Translations under genes and position numbers: made by a program
Origin: Lingula anatina
Taxonomy: Eukaryota; Animalia; Brachiopoda
Length of the DNA stretch: 64,000 nt
Direction of reading: 5' to 3'
Assembly (NCBI GenBank): GCA_051362555.1
Contig: JBPQGU010000016.1
Location: 2,294,001-2,358,000 of the forward strand
The notes under the pieces: model-generated
What the model was told of the DNA's origin: nothing
What the model saw: the letters and a program-made list of their open reading frames with translations, nothing else
Database searches by the model: none
Shown here: piece by piece, positions 53,408 through 64,000 of the stretch
Numbering within the stretch: position 1 is the first letter of the stretch
Layout of the letters: every line of letters starts with the position of its first letter

Positions 53408-56400
53408 AGGAACCCACTCAATCTTCTCTGTCGGCCCAGCGCAAAAAAGAAAAAAAGAAAAAGGCAAAAAATGCGAAAATTACGCCAAAAATCCCGGGGC
53501 GGATGGGGCAATTTCGGCGCGCAACTTGGCACCAGATGCGTTTCAAGCCCCAAAAACGATTAAAAACGTTAGTGCGCACCTGGAATGTTTGCCGTGGCCG
53601 GGTGAATGGTTCCCCCCTAAAGAAAGGACCCCACGCCTAGTTCCTGTAAACATTGCGGTTTGTTGTGGTCACATGACCGTGTCACAGTAGCCGACGGCCA
53701 AATGACCGTTAACATCGTCAAAAAAGGCCCTTCTCCTGCTCCTGCAGTTGAGAAATGTGCTACAAAGTAGCAAATTGACAAACGCAAACAAAACACAGCA
53801 TCAAAATACAGAACGAAAGTGCCCGGCGTTATAACGAAAGTGCATAACGAAAGTGCATGTGTATGCAAATGCAAATCGCCAAAAACGGGCCAAACTTGCG
53901 CCCTCTAGGAGTTAAGTAGGAGTTAAGACCCAGATCTTGGCTGAATAGCGTCGCCTAATGCGTTTGCATGCTAAAAAAACGTAAATAACCTTGGTTGTGA
54001 CAGATTGCTACAGTTGAGATCGTGGTGGGGAAAGAAGGGGAGGGGGGGGAATACAGAAACGTGCTCTGCATTCTACTTTCAATTTACTTGTACTGTTCAT
54101 CAAAATTAAATTAAATGTACAAATTCCGTTTTATTTTCAGTTTACTGTTTTTTTTAAAATCAATATACAAATTGAAACAAAGAATGCAGGTTGTATATGA
54201 ATCAAATTTATTGAACCTCAATGCAGATAGCAGTTTTTTTCTGCGTTGTAGTTGCATAAATGATTGAAATAAGTCAGTGATTTTTTTTTTAATATATATA
54301 TATATATATATAAATAGATGATAGTCCAGCTGTCTTGTTGTTTTTGCATCACAGTTGCATTGAATAAGTAGGTGATAGTCCAGCTATCTTGGAACAAATT
54401 ATTGCACAGTTGTTTTTGCATCGCAGTTGCATTGAATAAGTAGGTGATAGTCCAGCTATCTTGGAACAAATTATTGCAGAGTTGTTTTTGCATCGCAGTT
54501 GCATTGAATAAGTAGGTGATAGTCCAGCTATCTTGGAACAAATTATTGCACAGTTGTTATTGCATCGCAGTTGCATTGAATAAGTAGGTGATAGTCCAGC
54601 TATCTTGGAACAAATTATTGCACAGTTGTTTTTGCATCGCAGTTGCATTGAATAAGTAGGTGATAGTCCAGCTATCTTGGAACAAATTATTGCACAGTTG
54701 TTTTTGCATTGCAGTTGCATTGAATAAATAAGAGATAGTCCAGCTATCCTTGAATAAGTGAATTGCCAGCTAACCAAGCTATTGCACACTTCCCTTGCAT
54801 TGTTTGTTGCATTAATGACAGTCCAGCTGTCTGTGTATAAATATATGATGACAGTCCAGCTGTCTTTGTATAATTAAATAAAAAATGACACTCCAGCTGT
54901 CGAGAATAATGTCATTTTGGGAAGACACAGTCCTTATTTATACTGCCCTCACTGTTGTTGTTGTTGTTGTTGTTCTAAGAGGGCCTTCATTCGTTCCTTC
55001 CAGGCTAAGTACGTCAGGCCCTCTGCGTTGTCAGGGCAGTATGTATGGCCACGGTAGCCGCTATGACCCGCCTGGATGTTGCGTGGTTTTCCACATTTCT
55101 TACAGTTGTTTGTTTTTCTGGTCCTCTTAGCCACAACCGGAGCTGGTGTAGTTGACTGTGGAAGTGGTTGGGACCAGGGTGGAAAACCTGGTATTGGGGT
55201 CATCACCGTGGGTGCGAAGGTGGTCCACTGGGCGGGTGCTGGTGCCAACTGGTGCGGCAGAATGCCAGGTGGAAAAAATCCAACAGGTTGTGGGACCACG
55301 ACCACTTGTTTGGACTGTGTCTCTGTTGCGCGGGCTGGCTTCATCTTCTTCTTCTTCTTCTTCTTCCCATCTCTTCTCAGCACCGCAGTGCCTGTGGTGT
55401 CTTTAGGCAGGTGGTACTGGTGCGGTGTTCCAGAGGGCACTGGCAGCCGCGGTAGCAGCTGCCTGGCAGCAGGCAGCGGTGTTGTTGCTGTTGCAGGAGG
55501 AGCGGGCAGGGACATCCCCTGTAGAAGGGAGGCCCTGTACTGCTCATCTGTAGTCCTGTTGTGCCTATGGAAGAAAAGAAAAAAAAAGAATAATCAGGAA
55601 ATAATCTTTAAATATTCTTAAATCTGAAAGAAAATAAAAAATAAAAACTGAAATGAAATTGGAAAAAAAAAAAAAAAAAAGCACTAGCAATATCATTGTA
55701 TCAGTTTAATTGGTGACTTTTCAGGAATCTAATTTAAGTGAGGAATTAACATTTTACAATGTTGCTGTGACAGTCGAGTCAGTTGAGAAATTACCATGTA
55801 TGTAGTGTCCTCATGTTTATGGAGAAGAGCTGGAGGGTTGTTTTTTCCATCACACGGGCGTTGTTGAAAAGGAGCCTGGTGATCCTCTCATAGTCCCGCA
55901 TGATGACTCCCCACGGGTGTTGTCTTTTGCCTCCCTTCCACGGAGCATCATGGGCCTCCATTAGTTGCATTATGACGGCCTCCACTACCCTGGATTCGGA
56001 AGGCTCACGCGCAGGGGTGCCAGTCCCCAGCATGCACCTGAAAGTACAAAGGAAAAACTTAATTTTTTCTTGTATTATTATTATTATTATTATTATTATT
56101 TGGTCTATTTCATGCCAATATCTTCTGAAAAATAAGTGTTAATACAATCTTAGCTGAAAAAAAAAAAAAAAAAACTTACTTCTTGACACTCTCCACCCCA
56201 GGAGTGATGGTGTTCTTGGAAGAGGCAAATCGCCCCTTTGTGTGCCTCCTCTTGAAGTGTGGAGTGTAACGGAGGCGTTGTTTGTCCATTTCTGGCAACG
56301 CCTCCCAGTGGTGGATTATCTTCTCCACATCTTCGGTTAGGAGGCACTCCCTCTCGATGGTACGTAGGGAGACGAGTACAGAAGCCAGCTTCGTTACGGC

Positions 56401-58372
56401 ATCATAACCGGGGATATGATGTCTGTCCACTGACTCTGAAGTCTCATCTACCTTGGGTGTTGGTTCTTCAAGGGGCACCTCTTCTGGAAAGTAAAAAAAA
56501 AATATGCCGATATAATGAGGGGGGAGGGGAAAAAAGAAATATCACCTGAAAAAAAAAAAAAATAAATAAAATAACCTTGTGTGAACAGAACAGGGCAACT
56601 GACTTGCATAGCTACATATCTGGAATTAACATATAAAGAAAAATAATAATAATAATAAAGAAATAATAATAATAATTACAATAGTAATAATCTAAAAATT
56701 TACCTTCTCTGGGTGGAGAGGTATTGGTTGCCTCTGTCACGGAGGAGGTGTGTGGTCTGGGAGGGATGTGGAATACAGGGTCCTCGTCAGCATCTGCAAT
56801 TGTGGGATCACAGTCTTCAGAGAACCCCTCATCATCAGCATCTTCCTCCACTGTCTCGACAACCTCCTCCTCGGGTGCATCTGGGTCCAGTTTTACAGGT
56901 TCTAGGGCCTTTCCCGTCTGATCGAGCAGGTACTCGCACCCTAGAAGCTCACCTGGAAGTAAAGAGAGAAATGAGAGAATTATTAGTAGCAGGCCTCATT
57001 TTTTTTTTCATGTATTTATTTATTTATTTATTTATTTATTTTTTCCAAAAATAATTTCTTGGCTGCAATTACATCTAAACTAATTATATTCCTATAAATT
57101 ACACGAAACCTAAATCACTTTAATTACCAGTGTATTTCCTGGGGACCACAGCATTTGGCACGATGGTATTGCCAAGCACCCGTTCTCCCAGATGGTTCAC
57201 TGCCTGGACGAGCTGTCCATCATAGCAGCGAAGTTCGGTGTCCCCATTGTCAATTGCGGCCAGCGCACGATCCTGGTTCCACCGAACAATTCCTTCCAGG
57301 ATGTAGGCTTGGAAATTTGTGGCAGAGGCACTTTGTCCTGTTAAAAACAAGAAAAAAGGGAGAAAATTAGCTGCAAGTGTTCAATAACCACAAATTTTCA
57401 ACAAAAATGTTAAGTTTAATTTAACAAGTACCAATGCATCAAAATTAAGTCAGTCTAAAGTGATTTTAAATCTACTTTCAGGTAACCAAGCAGTCTGTCG
57501 GTGTGTGTGGTTGTGCTTACCGGGAATGAATCTAACAATATGAGAATGGAAGCTCTCCAGGGAAACTGAGCCCCTCGCACACCTGTAGACCTTCAGCTCC
57601 TTCCCGCCCTTCCTCAGAGTTCCAGTCTGGGTGTACAGAGAGACCCCTTCGACGTCCTGGAGGCATGGTATGTGGCGCTGTTGAGAGGCCCACATGTCTT
57701 GCACTCTCTCGTGATCAAGGAGAGGTACTCCTAGCGCGTCGCACCCCTGATCACTGTCCAGCGTGTCGACCAGCGACTGCAAGAGACGAGTGGTTTCAGC
57801 TACACCGCGGGTGCGGCGACGGCAGTGTTTCTCTAACTCCTTGCGCGAGATGTGCTGCATGATGTTGTCTGGGCTGACGCCAGCGCCCTGTAGTTGTAGT
57901 TGGCCCAGCTTGGCATCTCGAAGTGCTGCCAGATCATCTGCGTCCCACTCAAAAATGCAGGCAGACAACTTCTTCATGAAGACGGCGTATAGTGGGTGGC
58001 TTTCCGTGGTGACACAGGAGGCGAACCTGCGCATGAAGTGCCACACGTCCAGTCGCACCACCAGATGGGGCCAGCCAGCAAACAGCTTCTTGACATTGCA
58101 GGGACCGGAGGTGGAGCAGCAGTCCCTGTCAACATACATCACCTTGGGTGGAGGCTGTTCACTGAGCTGGTACCGCCTCACGAGGCCCTGGGCCATCTTG
58201 GTCAGGCCAGCTCCCTCCTGAGCAGTGAGTACTGAGGTCAGTACCTGGCCGTGTTCATTGCCCACGTTGGTGCACCAGGCAGCTGAGCCTGCAGCCTCTC
58301 CTGCCAGCTTTTTGGCTACCTGAAAAACGGAGGGGGGAAATATGACACTTAATACATTTTCTTAAAGAAATT

Positions 58373-58404
<32 letters not shown>

Positions 58405-61400
58405 TTTGTTGTTTTGTTTTCAAAACTGTTCACTGTACAAAGTTTAAGAGAGCAAATCAGAACAAAAACTGTACATACCTTTTTGGTGGAGTCCATCTTC
58501 AAGACGGATCCAAAGGTGGAGGTCACCTTGGCTTTGATCTCATCAAGCCTCAACAACACGTCACGGACCAGCACAGTTTGTAGCCATGCTGGCCCCGGGA
58601 GTCTTTCAAAGGGTAACGGCTGAAGAGGACTTGTTCTCTGCACAAGGGATGAGCTGGCAAACTTGTCTACAACTGAGAGGAAATTGGCTACCCTGCTTAG
58701 CCAATCCCTGGTGTGCTGCTCACACAGTTGCTTACTCAGCCGAGTAGTGCTGTTCCCAAGAGATCGCTCTCTCAGGAGAGAAACTACCCGGGTAGAGCAA
58801 GAGTACCTGCAACAAAGAATCAAGAACAGAATAAGTTATAAATGTAAAGACAGAGTTATTTTGTCCGCTGAAATAGATTTTCAAATGAACTGATATTAAA
58901 TGCAAGAATTCCATAAATTAAAAAAAGAAAAAAAAAGAAAAGTTTTGAAATTACCTGTATGTGAGCAGTGCTGGAAATTTCCCCCTTGTCGCCACGTCCA
59001 GCTGTTGGAGGATTTCCCCACTCCAACCCGCATACTTCTTGTGACAGGCGCCGCACTCCAGGTACTCAGTGCCCATGTAAAAGTAGCCATCGATGTCAAG
59101 GACGCGGCGGACAGTCTTGAAGAAACCGCAGGATGTTAACTGGCGACCCTTGCATGATGGCACAGAGCAAGACAGCTGAGCCCTGAACATGCGGCGTGGC
59201 ATCCAGAGGAAGAAGGGGTGGGTGAAGAAAGGCCCTGCTGTTCTAGGGGGCTGGGCGTGGACCAGTCTGGGTGATGGTGGGTGCCACCACAGCTGCAGCT
59301 CTTGCTTCAGTTGGCCCCGGCGGGTGGTAAACAAGGCACGGGAAACCCACTGTGCTTCATGTGGTGGCAGGCTGGCCTTCCATGACAGAGGGATCAGATC
59401 AGTGTCATCCACGGGCACTGGAACAAGTGAAGAGCAATAAGTACAAAATAATAGAGGGGGAAACCTGAAATAAAAGAAAATCATGAACATATATCACACT
59501 TTACAAGAGCTGACATACTTTCTCATTACTTTTAAAAATTACTCATTCTTACTTATCATGTATCTTCTGCATTGGAGGTTATTAAAAGTAACAGATTAAT
59601 CACTGCTTGGACTTTGTTTACTTTATGGTCAATAGTTATCATTTAAATACATCCTCATATCTTTAACCTTATCACCCACAAACAAAAAAAAGTTATTGCA
59701 TGTTCAGCTCTTTTATGCTAATCTACAGGCAATACAAACACCAACCACCTCACAGTAAGGAACCCACAGTAATGCAGAAAAAAAAAAAAAGGAAAGCGAA
59801 AAAGCGAAAAAGAAAACAAAACCAAAGTGCTGCTGCTGCTGCTGTGCTGTCACCTTCCAAAACATATAAAAAGAAAACACACCACATGCTACAAGTGTCA
59901 GTGAATAAGCCACGTGTGCATTAATAATAAATAAAACAATAAAACTCTGAAAGCTTGATTTCAAACTCACCAACACCTGTCCTCCAAAGACTGTGAAAAG
60001 AAAACAGGTACAAGAACAATAGAACACTCTTAATGTTTTACATTCTGTTTTACACTATTTTCTTTCATTACACTTTGCGCGATTAATTTTATAAAAAATC
60101 TTAAAATTCACAATCTAAGCTGTGCAGATTTTCATGAAGGAATTCTTCTTGTCATCATCACCTTGGCAGGAGGGCTGGGGCGGTATGTGATATGTCACAG
60201 ACAAAACACTTAATGTAAGGTCAGCAGCTAGGAGTTAACTTTTTGCTCACTGAAAATTGACTGGTTAATTTCCAAATTGAATTGACTGGTTAATTTCCAA
60301 ATTGAATCCCAGCTGTGACCTCAAATTGTTCATGGAAAAGAAACAAAAAGTCTTTACCTGAATCTGGCAGGGAGCTCTGCCTTTTGGTCTCCTGTTGGGG
60401 TATGGTGTCAGGAGCGGCAGCTGTACTGGTGCCAGCACCAGCTGAGGCAGGGACAGGTAGCTCTGGGCGTTCCAAGTCGCTCACTTCCTCAGGGTCTACG
60501 GCTGTCGCTTTAAATGAACAAAATTAGAATATACTGAAGTAAAAGTGGCAACAACTGTAAAAAGATGTTAGAAAGCTACTCTTAAAACAAGGGTCCTTAC
60601 GTCAATGAAATTACCATGAATTACATTTACCTCTGGTGGTGGGTTTAGGTTTCTTGGCAACGGCGGTGTTGGTGCTGTCTGGGGCAGGAAGGGGGGCGTC
60701 CACCACTTCCACATCCTCAGACTTGGGCAGGGTCGCCGTTGCTGGAAAAAAAAAAAAATGAATAACGGAATAAATACACTGATACAGAAGCACACATCAA
60801 CTATTAAATTTGAAAAAAAAAAAAAAAAAATGTGTGTAATAATACATGTGTCATTTACCTCTTCTTGATTTCTTAAGATTGGGTGTTGGCCCTGGGGGAC
60901 CAAGCTGTCTCTTCACTCCAGCTTTGAGCCCTGCTGGTGACAGATGACTGCCGACCATGAGGCTCTGAAGTGAGCTGGAGGATACTGGGACAGGCTTGGC
61001 AGGTGGTGTGGGTTTTGCCTGCCTCTCCTTGGTCTTGGCAGCAATAGCCTCCCGACCCTGGGGGAACAGCTCAAGGTACTCCTATGTGAAGTCAATAAAG
61101 GTGATTAAGACAGGTACCCTGACAATAAAGGCATTGTCCAATTGAAATGAATGTTAATTACTATCATCTCTTTCAATAATGGAAACTAGTACAACTGATT
61201 TATATTACTGTGTGTGCTAAGATACAAACAATGCGTTGTACCTTTCCTGGGAGGTGACCTTCAGTCCGACTAGTTTGTGTTACAAGACCACTTTAACAAT
61301 ACTAGATATCAGTGACTTGAGGACAGATATGTCAGATACTTAAACTATGATGTTTGTCTGTATCCACAGTAACTGAATACTTGAAGTATTATTCACCACA

Positions 61401-62406
61401 AACCAGTATAACACCAATGAAAGACTTATAAAAGACATGGGGAGGGGGGGGGGGGGTGCAGACAACTAACCTTACACCATGGGGCATTACTTTCAATCTT
61501 TCAATACCTTACACATTACATATAGTAAGGCAATCAAAAAAGATTTAAAAGGAAAGATTTTACCTTGAGCTTGTATTTGTTCACACCCAGCGGGCCGGGG
61601 TGTGGAGTCTCCCTGCTCAGACTCTCTGCCAAGTAGGCGGCATACCCCAGGGAGTTCTCGACCAGCCACCGGAAGGTCTGCCCCCGGTATTTTCCAAACT
61701 GCAGCCTGTGATGCCCCAGAAGGTGTTTCTTGTCGGTGACATCCAGGCCGAGCTGGATGACTGCAGACCTGGCCTCCTCCGCAACCTTCTCCGGTGGTTT
61801 GGCAGCGGCGGTGAGGGAGGCAGTGGCTGCAGAAGCAGCAGCCCTCCTCGCGGCGTTACTCTCACCGAGCGTCAGTGCTCCATCCGACCTCCTCCTGAAC
61901 ACTGGGTCGCTTGATCTGGTCGAGGGGAGTGGCGTTTTCGGTTCATCTGCAAAGAAATCCAGACATGTCATGTCGAGCACCCACCCACGTGGATTTTTCC
62001 CGCGAAAAGGTAATTATTGCGATAAAAGCGGAAAGGTGCAACTGGTTGCGCCGACTGATACGTCGGCGTGCTCGGTACTACTTGAGCTTTTCATCGGTGT
62101 CGGTGTTTAAATTATCTAGTCCGTTTAAAGCGAGCAACGGGCAGGTGAATCGCTGAGTCGAGAGAAAACTTACCTCTTGTCGCCATGTTGAATAGCTTGT
62201 GCTTGACGACTCCTGTACCACGTGACCTCTTTTCTGCGGCCGTAATTCGCTGATTTCGCCTACGTCATCGCTGATTTTCGACCAGATCGCTGATTTTGGG
62301 TTTGTGATTGGTTGGAATCGCTGATTTGAGGAAAATCAGCGATGACGTATGCATGAGTCGTCATGTGATTCGGGGTCACTCTACAGAGAAGCTACGCATG
62401 TCCCCT
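53408..62406 (-). mobile_element. Dada-U6-like DNA transposon, copy 3 (full length, 8999 bp)
   Basis: Bounded by GCGCAA at 53402-53407 and 62407-62412. The only difference from copy 2 that I noticed is one extra TA in a (TA)n tract. Confidence 0.9.
54949..62186 (-). CDS. Dada-type DDE transposase, copy 3 (same 13-exon model, +9005)
   Basis: The ORF track repeats exactly at offset 9005; ATG at 62186, stop at 54949. Confidence 0.88.
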
Positions 62407-62412
62407 GCGCAA

Positions 62413-64000
62413 AGGAACCCACTCAATCTTCTCTGTCGGCCCAGCGCAAAAAAGAAAAAAAGAAAAAGGCAAAAAATGCGAAAATTACGCCAAAAATCCC
62501 GGGGCGGATGGGGCAATTTCGGCGCGCAACTTGGCACCAGATGCGTTTCAAGCCCCAAAAACGATTAAAAACGTTAGTGCGCACCTGGAATGTTTGCCGT
62601 GGCCGGGTGAATGGTTCCCCCCTAAAGAAAGGACCCCACGCCTAGTTCCTGTAAACATTGCGGTTTGTTGTGGTCACATGACCGTGTCACAGTAGCCGAC
62701 GGCCAAATGACCGTTAACATCGTCAAAAAAGGCCCTTCTCCTGCTCCTGCAGTTGAGAAATGTGCTACAAAGTAGCAAATTGACAAACGCAAACAAAACA
62801 CAGCATCAAAATACAGAACGAAAGTGCCCGGCGTTATAACGAAAGTGCATAACGAAAGTGCATGTGTATGCAAATGCAAATCGCCAAAAACGGGCCAAAC
62901 TTGCGCCCTCTAGGAGTTAAGTAGGAGTTAAGACCCAGATCTTGGCTGAATAGCGTCGCCTAATGCGTTTGCATGCTAAAAAAACGTAAATAACCTTGGT
63001 TGTGACAGATTGCTACAGTTGAGATCGTGGTGGGGAAAGAAGGGGAGGGGGGGGAATACAGAAACGTGCTCTGCATTCTACTTTCAATTTACTTGTACTG
63101 TTCATCAAAATTAAATTAAATGTACAAATTCCGTTTTATTTTCAGTTTACTGTTTTTTTTAAAATCAATATACAAATTGAAACAAAGAATGCAGGTTGTA
63201 TATGAATCAAATTTATTGAACCTCAATGCAGATAGCAGTTTTTTTCTGCGTTGTAGTTGCATAAATGATTGAAATAAGTCAGTGATTTTTTTTTTAATAT
63301 ATATATATATATATATAAATAGATGATAGTCCAGCTGTCTTGTTGTTTTTGCATCACAGTTGCATTGAATAAGTAGGTGATAGTCCAGCTATCTTGGAAC
63401 AAATTATTGCACAGTTGTTTTTGCATCGCAGTTGCATTGAATAAGTAGGTGATAGTCCAGCTATCTTGGAACAAATTATTGCAGAGTTGTTTTTGCATCG
63501 CAGTTGCATTGAATAAGTAGGTGATAGTCCAGCTATCTTGGAACAAATTATTGCACAGTTGTTATTGCATCGCAGTTGCATTGAATAAGTAGGTGATAGT
63601 CCAGCTATCTTGGAACAAATTATTGCACAGTTGTTTTTGCATCGCAGTTGCATTGAATAAGTAGGTGATAGTCCAGCTATCTTGGAACAAATTATTGCAC
63701 AGTTGTTTTTGCATTGCAGTTGCATTGAATAAATAAGAGATAGTCCAGCTATCCTTGAATAAGTGAATTGCCAGCTAACCAAGCTATTGCACACTTCCCT
63801 TGCATTGTTTGTTGCATTAATGACAGTCCAGCTGTCTGTGTATAAATATATGATGACAGTCCAGCTGTCTTTGTATAATTAAATAAAAAATGACACTCCA
63901 GCTGTCGAGAATAATGTCATTTTGGGAAGACACAGTCCTTATTTATACTGCCCTCACTGTTGTTGTTGTTGTTGTTGTTCTAAGAGGGCCTTCATTCGTT
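62413..64000 (-). mobile_element. Dada-U6-like DNA transposon, copy 4 (runs off window; transposase stop codon at 63954)
   Basis: Matches 53408-54995. Confidence 0.88.

Noticed and set aside
40385-62645. Numerous + strand ORFs in the array (e.g. 46071-46616, 48758-49216, 43722-44102)
   Set aside because: They are antisense shadows of GC-rich transposase exons, with no motifs or splice logic of their own.

Overview
AT-rich, microsatellite-rich animal (probably invertebrate) genomic DNA. 1-17 kb holds three dispersed tRNA-Cys(GCA) genes and several small non-autonomous DNA elements. From about 17.8 to 39.8 kb is the 5' part of a spliced + strand astacin-family (M12A) metalloprotease gene: a probable signal-peptide exon, a ~20 kb intron containing a decayed RTE-type LINE, then prodomain and catalytic-start exons. 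From 40181 to the window end is a head-to-tail array of a ~9.0 kb element: one left-truncated copy, two complete copies and the start of a fourth. Each complete copy carries an intact 13-exon, - strand, ~1363 aa DDE transposase with a DxxH motif. There are no terminal inverted repeats. Copies are joined by a single GCGCAA inside a U6 snRNA look-alike, with 9-bp ACAGAGAAG/CTTCTCTGT inverted repeats placed symmetrically 15 bp either side. This matches a U6-targeting Dada-superfamily DNA transposon whose end rebuilds its own target site. No real U6 gene is visible, and the array starts abruptly inside the astacin intron. All alignments and splice models were done by eye.
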